NCBI RefSeq assembly: GCF_964204645.1
Contig: NC_134033.1
Location: 15,012,655 to 15,076,654 of the forward strand
Direction: 5' to 3'
From: Tubulanus polymorphus
Lineage: Eukaryota > Animalia > Nemertea
DNA length: 64,000 bases
Shown: in pieces, positions 49,101 to 58,897 of the stretch
Position numbering within the stretch: the first letter of the stretch is position 1
Layout: each line of letters begins with the position of its first letter
The notes under the pieces: generated by a model
What the model saw: the letters and a program-made list of their open reading frames with translations, nothing else
The model's database searches: none
Told to the model about the DNA's origin: nothing
Translations under genes and position numbers: made by a program

Positions 49101-50592
49101 TCCTGTAGGATGCAGTTCTTCATCCTTAGTTCTTCATCCTGTAGGATGCAGTTCTTCATCCTTAGTTCTTCATCCTGTAGGATGCGGTCTTTCATCCTTA
49201 GTTCTTCATCCTGTAGGATGCGGTCTTTCATCCTTAGTTCTTCATCCTGTAGGATGCGGTCCTTCATCCTTAGTTCTTCATCCTGTAGGATGCAGTTCTT
49301 CATCCTTAGTTCTTCATCCTGTAGGATGCCGTCCTTCATCCTTAGTTCTTCATCCTGTAGGATGCAGTTCTTCATCCTTAGTTCTTCATCCTGTAGGATG
49401 CAGTCCTTCATCCTTAGTTCTTCATCCTGTAGGATGCGGTCCTTCATCCTTAGTTCTTCATCCTGTAGGATGCGGTCTTTCATCCTTAGTTCTTCATCCT
49501 GTAGGATGCGGTCTTTCATCCTTAGATCTTCATCCTGTAGGATGCAGTTCTTCATCCTTAGTTCTTCATCCTGTAGGATGCAGTTCTTCATCCTTAGTTC
49601 TTCATCCTGTAGGATGCGGTCTTTCATCCTTAGTTCTTCATCCTGTAGGATGCGGTCTTTCATCCTTAGTTCTTCATCCTGTAGGATGCAGTTCTTCATC
49701 CTTAGTTCTTCATCCTGTAGGATGCGGTCTTTCATCCTTAGTTCTTCATCCTGTAGGATGCGGTCTTTCATCCTTAGTTCTTCATCCTGTAGGATGCGGT
49801 CCCTCATCCTTAGTTCATCATCCTGTAGGATGCGGTCCTTCATCCTTAGTTCTTCATCCTGTAGGATGCAGTTCTTCATCCTTAGTTCTTCATCCTGTAG
49901 GATGCGGTCCTTCATCCTTAGTTCTTCATCCTGTAGGATGCGGTCTTTCATCCTTAGTTCTTCATCCTGTAGGATGCGGTCCCTCATCCTTAGTTCATCA
50001 TCCTGTAGGATGCAGTTCTTCATCCTTAGTTCTTCATCCTGTAGGATGCGGTCCTTCATCCTTAGTTCTTCATCCTGTAGGATGCGGTCCTTCATCCTTA
50101 GTTCTTCGTCCTTAGTTCTTCATCCTGTAGGATGCGGTCCCTCATCCTTAGTTCTTCATCCTGTAGGATGCGGTCCTTCATCCTTAGTTCATCATCCTGT
50201 AGGATGCAGTTCTTCATCCTTAGTTCTTCATCCTGTAGGATGCGGTCCTTCATCCTTAGTTCTTCATCCTGTAGGATGCGGTCTTTCATCCTTAGTTCTT
50301 CATCCTGTAGGATGCGGTCTTTCATCCTCAGTTCTTCATCCTGTAGGATGCGGTCCTTCATCCTTAGTTCTTCGTCCTTAGTTCTTCATCCCGTGGGGCA
50401 CAGTACTTCATCCTGTGGGATGCAGTTCTTCAGTAGTTCTTCGTTAAACTGAATGTTCTCTTTTTTTGAAATATTTTTTAGGATACCGAGTCTCCCTCGA
50501 CTTCAACTAAAACCCCGCAGCTGTCGACGGCTTTGAAACGTAGCGTTACCCTGGCAACACCTGTCAGCACATTGTTTAAAACTCCGCACTGA
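37186..50592 (+). CDS. ECT2: ECT2/Pebble RhoGEF (BRCT x3, DH, PH), about 24 exons
   Basis: Approximate exons 37186-37225, 37707-37801, 38356-38556, 38689-38886, 39042-39143, 39342-39441, 39858-39979, 40303-40365, 40637-40851, 41241-41386, 42068-42256, 42869-42979, 43067-43163, 43593-43674, 43797-43875, 44407-44526, 44606-44744, 45274-45426, 45700-45788, 46127-46337, 46870-46947, 47032-47118, 47764-47913, 50482-50592. Motifs CRIVGPP, VCFTG..LVDLVHHMGG..VTHLVA, WFWGSIQM, RLQVVRELLQTERNYV, ELLIRPVQRLPSV, HINEDKRKTE, SRAFSFTQTPRKLKRA. The first and last few exons are less certain. Confidence 0.93.
37452..37662. mobile_element. Merlin-like MITE, 211 bp, in ECT2 intron 1
   Basis: Perfect 26-bp TIR GGTAAAAGTGCAGATCCGCACCTCTC and 8-bp TSD TCTCATTC (37444-37451 and 37663-37670). 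A GGNRM terminus with 8-9-bp TSD fits the Merlin superfamily. Confidence 0.85.
39490..39740. repeat. 37-bp minisatellite in an ECT2 intron
   Basis: CCCAGTCCCTGATTGAAATACCTGTGGTTCTTCTAAA, about 7 copies. Confidence 0.9.
41797..41936. repeat. 32-bp minisatellite in an ECT2 intron
   Basis: GCAGCAGATTCAGGGAATTTTGCCATTCACCT, about 4.3 copies. Confidence 0.9.
42385..42835. repeat. 78-bp tandem repeat derived from a MITE terminus
   Basis: About 5.7 copies, each containing ATCAGGTTTGAATCCCTGCTGAGGG, the inverse of CTCTCGGCAGGGATTTGAACCTGAT at about 42293. Confidence 0.85.
43285..43563. mobile_element. Non-autonomous piggyBac-like element (second copy)
   Basis: TTAA|CCCTTTCAGTGC ... GCATTGAAAGGG|TTAA; approximately the reverse complement of 16907-17190. 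Confidence 0.85.
43893..44350. repeat. CT-rich polypyrimidine low-complexity tract (a second tract at 41395-41528)
   Basis: Almost purely C/T on the + strand, immediately after an ECT2 donor site. Confidence 0.9.
45482..45588. mobile_element. Short MITE with GGGCCAGTTTTATAGACTGGT TIR
   Basis: Perfect 21-bp TIR; related copies at about 9265-9365 and 25460-25610. Confidence 0.7.
45803..46065. repeat. 33-bp minisatellite in an ECT2 intron
   Basis: AGCCACATTCCTATGAATTCCACTTTCAGGTGA, about 8 copies. Confidence 0.9.
48220..50430. repeat. 36-bp satellite array (~2.2 kb, about 60 units) in the last ECT2 intron
   Basis: Unit CTTAGTTCTTCATCCTGTAGGATGCGGTCCTTCATC with internal palindrome CATCCT-GT-AGGATG. 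Confidence 0.97.
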
Positions 50593-52427
50593 CCTTGAAC
50601 CCTGTGGTGCCGATATTCAGATAACTCGATTGTTACGCAACTCAGATAGAATTGGTAGAGACAATTGTTCACGATTACTTCTCTTTATAGATTGGTGTCA
50701 TTTGTCGTAAAGATAAAGAGTCATTGTAAGATTGGAATCAGTTCTTGTAAAGATTGGAGTCACGTTTTACGAGATCGAAATCATTTGTTGATAGGGTCGA
50801 GTCATGTCCAATGGATACCCACTTTATTTAGAGGATTGTTTGTGTATGTTTTACGTAGTGTGTTGATGCTTAGTGATAATCAAGTGTTCATTGCTTGATT
50901 TTCACATTTCAAAGTAATGAATGTAGTATTTATCTATGAAAGTAGTAAATGTTTATATAAGTTCAGGGATTATTACATTAATATCCGCCTAAAACTCGTA
51001 TCATCTTCATCTATTTCATGATGAAATCTTTTTTTACTGTTTTTTACCAATCTTCTACCACTGTGTATTGGACGATTCATTTTCTTGTATGTTGTTCGAT
51101 GTATATCCTATGTTGTACGTCTTATGTTGTATGTCCTATGTTGTATGTCCTGCGATATGCTGTAGTATTCCATCCATTGTATATTCTATAAAATCTTGTA
51201 TCCCTGTGATTAAAAACCTTTATAGGTTACTGTATATAAACCTCTTCCTAGACGTGTATCACTATAGAGCCTCATCATCCTTGACCATCTCATCATACTA
51301 GACCATCTCATCATCCTATAGACCATCTCCTCAATCAAGACCATCATCACTTTAGACCCTCCAGGGGTGGATCCAGGATTTCAATTTTCAGGCACCGCTT
51401 GATCATCTCATATTTAAAATGTAACATTGAAAAACTGGAAAATAAAGGACATTTTCCAAAGGAGGGTTAACTCTAACATCCAAACCACCCCAACCCCTCC
51501 TGGATCCATGCCTGCCCTCGTGACTAAAGACATTATATTCCCACCATCATTCAGCACGGCTATTCAATAAAGTCTCAATTATCCTATCGGCCTATACCAT
51601 TAACTGCCACAAGTTCATCCCGCACCTGCTTCATTTAATTAAACCTATCTTGTTAAGTATTTAATCATGTCTATTATTATAAATATAAATAAATGATTAT
51701 CAAAATAATTAATTAATTGTTGTTTGAGTATAATCAAATGGGTGTTCTACTACTACAGTAGCATCCTCGCTTGCCAGGGACCGGTATCGCTCCGAACTCG
51801 CTTCCACCAGGGAAACGGCTTGTGCTCGGTGTCGAGAGTTCAAATCCCTTGACTGGTGAGGATGATACAGTAGTCTCATCGGTCTGTTCATCAGCCTATT
51901 TATTGATTGGCAATGTTTCATAGATAAGAAATGAAACATGCAATCGATAACATAGTTTTCAGGTTTTTTGCAAAGGTACATCCTCGCTTGCCAGGTGTCC
52001 AGTATCACTCCCGAGCCCCCTGGCCTCACGAAGCGTGATTTCATTACTGGCGCTGTCGCGCATGACGTCATATATCGATTTGCGAAATACTTCCTTGTTC
52101 GGTAAAACGTTCGCTGATTGGTCCATTTAACGGGAAAACCAACAGAAGTCTACTGTCGGTTTGTTACAAGCGCTGTGATTGGTACGACCGGATTCTGGTC
52201 GGCTAGTAACGACTCCAACGACTCGTGAGGTCAAGGGGTTCGGGGAACAGCTTTAGCGTAGTGGGTTCGAATCCCTTGACGGGTGAAGATGGCAAAGGTA
52301 TTGCTCTTATTGTTAAGGTTCATAGGAAACACATTGCTGACGATTATTTTCATGATCAGATCATTTTTATTTCATTTCGAGCTTGTACCCGATAAAAAAT
52401 GCGACGCATAGTAGAATGGATCAAGCA

Positions 52428-52796
52428 CTACGAACGCCAGGTAGGACAGCACCAGCCAACCGATGATATAATTCGGCAACAATTGCTCCTCGGTGGTCCA
52501 CCAACAATCCAAAGGAGTCCCTTCCTCCCACTACAATCACATGGACGATTTCTCTTTTCAAGCACAACTTCTGCAATAACAATTATATAAACCCAGTTAG
52601 GTCTAATTTAGAAAATATTTGCAATCCATTTGTTCATTAATATACAAGAAGACGAATTTTAATCCGGATTAATTGTGTTGGTCCCACATTAATCCCGAAT
52701 TAAGTGGATCCTTGCATTGAACGAAAAATTACCTTCCGCGGCAATGGCTCCTATGGCAATGAACAAGGCCAAGGCGACGAACAAAGTCTTGTACAT
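52428..52796 (-). CDS. Secreted cysteine-rich peptide A, sea-anemone-toxin/beta-defensin-like prepropeptide (68 aa)
   Basis: Coding exons 52796-52733 and 52570-52428 joined by a phase-1 GT-AG intron give MYKTLFVALALFIAIGAIAAE-EVVLEKR-NRPCDCSGRKGLLWIVGGPPRSNCCRIISSVGWCCPTWRS*. Acceptor at 52800, non-coding first exon(s) ending in GTAAGT at 53098 and 53472, AATAAA at 52371-52366. Confidence 0.9.
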
Positions 52797-53097
52797 ATTC
52801 TGAAAGTAATTGATGCATTTTACAACTCTGTTTGTCTGATAAAGAAAAGATTGAAGTATGCCTTATTAGCGAAACCTGAAAGCAACGCGAAACAGTACTT
52901 TGGTACGAACCCCCAGATAGCAACTACGTAGACTCCTCTGGTAGGTATTCGAACCTGATGGTATCATGACACTGCCTCCATGCGAATCACTGTCACGGTT
53001 AACCTATTCCCCATAGGTATTTATTACTGTAACGACGAACCAGGTTCGTTCACGAGACACCACTACTTCCTGCTTCTCGTAAATTTTTGTCACTTAC

Positions 53098-53550
53098 CTC
53101 AGATTTTTAAGCGTCTTGTTGATGAGATTCACAACAATTGACTAAAGGCAGGAATTGATCGTCATATGTTATGTAGTGAATGTTTTTTTTCACATAAGCA
53201 GCTTTGAAAATTTTTAGGATTTAAATCATCCGAGTTGCATCAGACATTCGCATAATACTGCTGAATATTTTCATGCACTTACGACTAAAAAATAAAATAT
53301 ATTCAGGAAAAATACTTTCGTTTACATCATTTCCATGAAGCTTTGGTTTGAAAAGGGTAGGCCCTCTGGTAGGTATACTAACTTGATGGTATCGTGACAC
53401 TGCCTTCATGCGAACCAGGTTCGTTCACGAGACACCACTACTTCTGTTTCTCGTAAAGTTTTGTCACTTACCTCAGATTTTTGAGCGTCTTGTTGATGAG
53501 ATTCACAACAATTGACTAAAAGGCAGAAATTAATCGTCATACGCATATAA
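53098..53550 (-). promoter_or_regulatory. Tandemly duplicated core promoter plus non-coding exon 1 of peptide gene A
   Basis: Two near-identical blocks (53143-53098 and 53517-53472) run from TTAGTC to CTGAG|GTAAGTG. The distal block has TTATATG at 53550-53544. Confidence 0.65.
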
Positions 53551-55783
53551 TGTAGTGAACGACCTTTTTCGCATAAGCTGCTTTAAAAATTTGTAGTTTT
53601 CAAATCATCCAGGTTGCGACATTCGCATAATACTGCTGAATTCTCACGCACGTAGCACTCGATTAGAATATGTTCAGGAAAAATGGGCCCAGTTGTTTAC
53701 TGAATAATTATATATTTAGGACAAGTCTTAGTCCATCTTAGTAACTTAGCCAATCAGGGACGCCCTTTCAAACAGTCTTAAAATAATTGAACACATTTTT
53801 TAAAAGATGTTAATACAAGGTGGGGTGAGCTTTGAAAATTTTTAGTATTTAAATCATCCGAGTTGCATCAGACATTTGCATAATACTGCTGAATTCCCAC
53901 GTACGTAGGACTTGACTAGAATATGTTCAGGAAAAATGGGCCCAGTTGTTTACTGAATTTAGGACAAGTCTTAGTCCATCTAAGTAACTTAGCCAATGAG
54001 GGATGCCCGGCCCTCAAAAATTCCCCCCAAACAGTCTTAAAAAGATTGAACACATCTTTAAAAAGATGTTAATACAAGGTGGGGTGAGGCGATCTGTCAG
54101 ATGTGGTGACTGGTTTCTAAGTGCTCTATTCACCAACAATCATTCTCGAATTCCAAGATACTGCCAGCGATTTTCAGTCTAGGTCGCACAATATTTCCAC
54201 CAAAGGGAACTAGAACATAAAACAATTTGGAAATAAGAAAATATTTTTGCTTGTATTACCCGATCATACCTTATTAAACACGGTTTAGAATATAATGTTC
54301 ATCGCATTGAAATTTGTCATCGATTGATGGAGATCAATCTACAGCATAAAGCACCCTTAAATACATTCACCATTGCTATATTGACGATCATGATCCTCTT
54401 AGGCGACGTGGTATCTCCTGTCAGATACTTTATCATTATAAAGTGTGAAACTTTATTTTAAAACTAGTGATACAAAAAATTATTATCTGAGCTTGCTACT
54501 AAACAGGTGATTTTTTTTTACAGTAATCTCCAGCTAAAAGTTCTGAATAAGCTGTACGCCAGACAGAGTAGCAGTTGTTCGACAAAATACGACCAAATTT
54601 GTAATCATTTTCAGGTTATAAGTATCCTGTACCGTAATGATAGGAGGGTAGTATTTATCTTCAATAACGAATTCATTTGTTCATGTTGTAAGTGGCTACT
54701 CGGGTTTATTATGTCAGTACAGGGAACGATCGGTAAACGTCTTTACATCACTAGCATTGCCAAAACGGATTGACCGAAAATTCTCAGTAATCTTTTTTTT
54801 TCAGTTATATCTTCGTCGTTTCTCTAGACAAATACTATATGATTATTGAGTGCGAGGCTTTTTTTTAAAACGATCGTCACGAAAAAAATGGTTATTTTTA
54901 TAATTTCTGAACTTGACGCACCTTTTTTTCCAGGCACTAAACTCCAGCTCTAAGTTCGGATAAGCTGTATGCCAGGCAGTAACAGTTTTTTGAATGTATG
55001 GTGAAACGCCTGCAGGTCGGGATTATGAAGGTGGTAGAGGTTCAGAGCAACGAAAGATTGAAAATAACATCAAATGAAAAAATGCTTTTGATTGTAAAAT
55101 TATTTTTCTGATATGAAACTCGGCTTTGCTGGTATATATGACTTCATCTTCGTGGAAGGTTTTGATAAATGCAATTTATTTCGGCTGAATTATGTGATTT
55201 CTTTAACGAAATCATATAATCAGAGATCAAAATATAGAACAGACGTCGGGAATATGATTGTATCATGTAATCGTGTGATTGTGATTTGGATGTTTTGGGC
55301 CATTGATTGAGCCAAAAGATGATATAACGAATGAATTTAACAGCTAATAAATTTGATAAGTGCGCGAATTTCATTTTTGTTGTATTGAACACGAATCAGT
55401 GTCATCTCCACTGCCAAATTTATGCAAAGTCAATCTGGACCCGGTTCCACAGTAGTAAGATAGAGTTGAAATTAGGTCTCTTTCAATCTTTTACTGAACT
55501 CAAGCCGAATTCAAAACTCAGAACTGTTGAACTGGGTCCTGCAGTCTGCGGCCCAACCCTCCTGATATTCGACTCTTCTAGACAACTGGTGAATTTTGAA
55601 TTGGTAAGACTGGCGTCTTTTAGCCAGAGTTTATACATGTCTTCCTGCCTTAATGTGAGACTTGTGAGAATGAAAAGACAACTCAATCGATTTTATGATC
55701 AGATCATTTTTATTCCATTTCGAGCTTGTACCCAATTATACAATGCAGTGCGCAATAGATATGGATGGAGCATCGAATCGACG

Positions 55784-56144
55784 TTAGTCAGGACAGCACT
55801 TGCCAAGCAACTGCTTGCAACAGCCGTTATTCGGCCCACCGACCAACCAATAAGTGGACTGCCTTCCACGACACTTACAAGGAAATCCTCTCTTTTCGAC
55901 CTCAACTTCTGTAATAACATGCGTATATACAATTGCGTTTCCAAAGTCTACGGACTTCATATACAGTTTTGAATTCAATTTAACTCGTCGAAATCGAAAT
56001 TAGTTTATACAGTTACAGGTTTCCCCCGTTGCAGTACACTGAATTACAGACATATTACATTGCATTGAACGGAAAATTACCTTCGGCAGCGATTACTCCG
56101 ATGACCATTAACAAGGCCAATGCGATGAATAGAGTCTTGTACAT
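55784..56144 (-). CDS. Secreted cysteine-rich peptide B, paralog of A (62 aa)
   Basis: Coding exons 56144-56081 and 55908-55784 (phase-1 GT-AG) give MYKTLFIALALLMVIGVIAAE-EVEVEKR-GFPCKCRGRQSTYWLVGGPNNGCCKQLLGKCCPD*. Non-coding exon about 56721-56688 with GTAAGT donor; AATAAA at 55714-55709. Confidence 0.9.
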
Positions 56145-56717
56145 ATTCTGAAAGTGAATGAGAATTTCCCTTATTTCCCAAAAGTGTGTAGAATACAATA
56201 TTTTTGCCCGGATTGTTTCATGCATTTAACTATACTCTCTGTCTGGTAAAGATAGGATTTCAGTATGTCTTAAAATGTAACACATGAAAGCAACGCGACA
56301 GTGCCTTGTGCCAAGTTAGGAAGTAACCATTGAAGAAACACAATTCCGTGTTGTGACGATAGATGAAGTCCGAAACGTTCCCTTGGAGCTAGTAATTCAT
56401 TTATTGATTAATTTATCTTTCCTGTTATAGTCGAAACAATGAATTACAAGTATTGGCTTAAGGAAACTTTTCTGACTTTTTCGTTGTATCAGCGTGGGAT
56501 TCTCAATCCAGCCTCTGGTAGGTGTTCCAAGCTGATGGTCTCATGGCACTGCCTTCATGCAAAACCACGGTAAACCTAGGTGACTTATGGGTAACCTAAG
56601 TAAGTATGTGTTATTGTAGCAACGAACCTGTCCATATGACGAGCCACTATCAACTTCTGCTACTCGTAAAGCTTTGATGTCACTTACCTTGTCTTGTTGA
56701 TGCAATCTACAACAATT

Positions 56718-56748
56718 GACTAAAGGCAGGAATCGGTCGTTGTATATA
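56718..56748 (-). promoter_or_regulatory. TATA box and Inr of peptide gene B
   Basis: TATATAC (56748-56742) lies 27 nt upstream of the A in TTAGTC (56721); the Inr region is conserved in both gene A first exons. Confidence 0.65.
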
Positions 56749-58317
56749 GCGCGGGAAACCGATGATTTTCACATAAGCAGCTTTGAAGATTTTCGTAATT
56801 AATCATCCAATTTACATCAGACATTCGTTTATGCGTCCATTTATAATCCCTGCTGAATATTATCGCGCACGTGGGAATTAAATGAAATATGTTCAGGAAA
56901 ATAATTTCGTTTCCATTACTAGTACCGGTATTTCCGTGTCAAGGCGTGCGCAGGGTCAATCAAATTCTGACTTTCCTTACAGTAATTGTATATCATCTTG
57001 AATGCATATGTGGTATTCATGTGTTCAGTTTATGTAGATTACATTTTCAACGGATGCCAGTGACATCAGTAAAAACATTCTGATTGTGAATTTCCCTTTC
57101 TTCTGCTTGCTACGTGCGATTACCTTTTCGTTGAGCAATAAACTTCAAATTGAAATTGAAGTGGATTTTCATGGAACCATATTGCTTTTAGGTACTTTGG
57201 TGAACGGTCTTAACTTGTAAAAACCAGATTGTGTAAACGCGTAACGGATGGTGTGTTTGAAGGTGAAATGAAGGATTTTCGAATGACAAATACGACGGTA
57301 GAATATTGCAGTGATGCGCGGAGAACACTCGAATTCAATGTCAACTTCTGCAGTTTTGATCACTCCGTATTCATAAATAATTACTAAACCTAGTTTCTTG
57401 CTAAGTTCCCTACCTACTTTAACTATATAGTTAGCAGCCGACGAAGTTAGAAAACATTTCTGCTGATGACATCGTAATCAATGCAAAGTTTGCCCACATA
57501 GAACCAATTAGTCAAAATAAGATCCAAATAATTCTCAACGAACATAACTAAATTGGGCCCAAATTAGTGAAGACATTTATCATCCAATAACTCAGAGGAG
57601 TAGCGACCAAATAATTATATGGTCCGACATGCTAAGCCAGCTGCTGGCTTAGCCAGTAGTCGCGAGCACCGAACTTGCAATTGGTGATGCGAAAATTTTG
57701 AAATTTCAAGGGGTTCTTGGGGCATCTGAGACCCATTTTCCAGCATTGACTAATGGCAAAATAAGACTAAACTGCTGCCACGCAAATCGAATCCTAACCT
57801 AAACCCCTCCAAATTCCATCTGTTCCAGTTTCATAACATTACGTAGCTATTGGATCTTAAAGGATTAAAGGATGTATTTCGACATTAACCATTAGTATGG
57901 ATTATATATCATATAACCGACATTTTTATGAAATAGACATCTATCACCAGACTAGACTGAGCAGATTATTCTAGATATCGTTAATCATCGATTCTTATTC
58001 GAATATCCTAAAACGAAATAGAATTATATACAGATTATGACCGCGTGTTCCACTATCAAAATACGTACCATTAAAAAAGATGTTTTAGTTCAACTACCGG
58101 TCAATTTAACTACCAAGGGCCAGTTGCTCATAAGTTGGTTTAGAGCTTAGTGAAAATTGAAACTGCATTGTTACTATATGGTATTCGGGGCAAGCGGATG
58201 CTCCGGTTTAACTACAATTAATACACTGAACAAAACAAGTTAGGTACGGTAACACAAATTTGATGGGAACAGCATATCTCCGCTATTATTGACGATAAAC
58301 AAAAACGGTAAAAAGTA

Positions 58318-58897
58318 TATATCGAAAAAAAGCGAAATTCATGTCGTACAGTGAATCCAAACATCAGTGAATAAACGTAGCTCTCCTCAACTCATTTGGA
58401 TATTTCGTTTTTTGGATCAATAACAGTTGTTTCAATAAACGATTGTTTCGTGCTCTGACTGATTTAATATCTAGGGTTAAAATGGCGTAGAAGTTCAGAG
58501 TTGAGTTTGTGGGTAAGAAAAGAATGGCTAGACGTAGCAGTAATTTGGTTCGGCACATCCTCGCTTGCCAGGGGTCCGGTGTTCGGTGAACAGCTTTAGC
58601 GTAGTGGGTTCGAATCCCTTGACGGGTGAAGATGGGTTCGGCATCTCAACAGAAGAAATCGACGCAGAATCGGTTGGCTGGACTAAGTACGACTTTTCTT
58701 ACCCACAAACTCAACTCTGAACTTCTACGCCATTCTAACCCTAGATATTAGATCAGTCAGGGCAAGAAACATTTGTTTTTTGAAAACTGTTAATGAAAAA
58801 AAAAAAACGAAATATCCAAATGAGCTGAGGAGAGCTACGTGTATTCACTGCTGTATGATACACTGTACGACATGAATTTCGCAGTATTTTCGATATG
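58318..58897. repeat. Long inverted repeat (~205-bp arms) around a MITE-containing spacer
   Basis: 58318-58522 is the approximate reverse complement of 58693-58897, e.g. ATGGCGTAGAAGTTCAGAGTTGAGTTTGTGGGTAAGAAAAG. Confidence 0.9.

Noticed and set aside
48238-50452. Long ORFs (375-447 aa) on both strands
   Set aside because: Translations of the 36-bp satellite; no unique sequence, and they lie in an ECT2 intron.
52245-52292. tRNA-like TAGCGTAGTGGGTTCGAATCCC (also 58588-58635 and about 18305-18330)
   Set aside because: A-box-like and B-box-like parts are directly adjacent, with no anticodon arm or cloverleaf; part of a repeat, not a tRNA gene.
55331-55972. 213-aa plus-strand ORF
   Set aside because: Spans a MITE and is antisense to peptide gene B; no recognisable domain.
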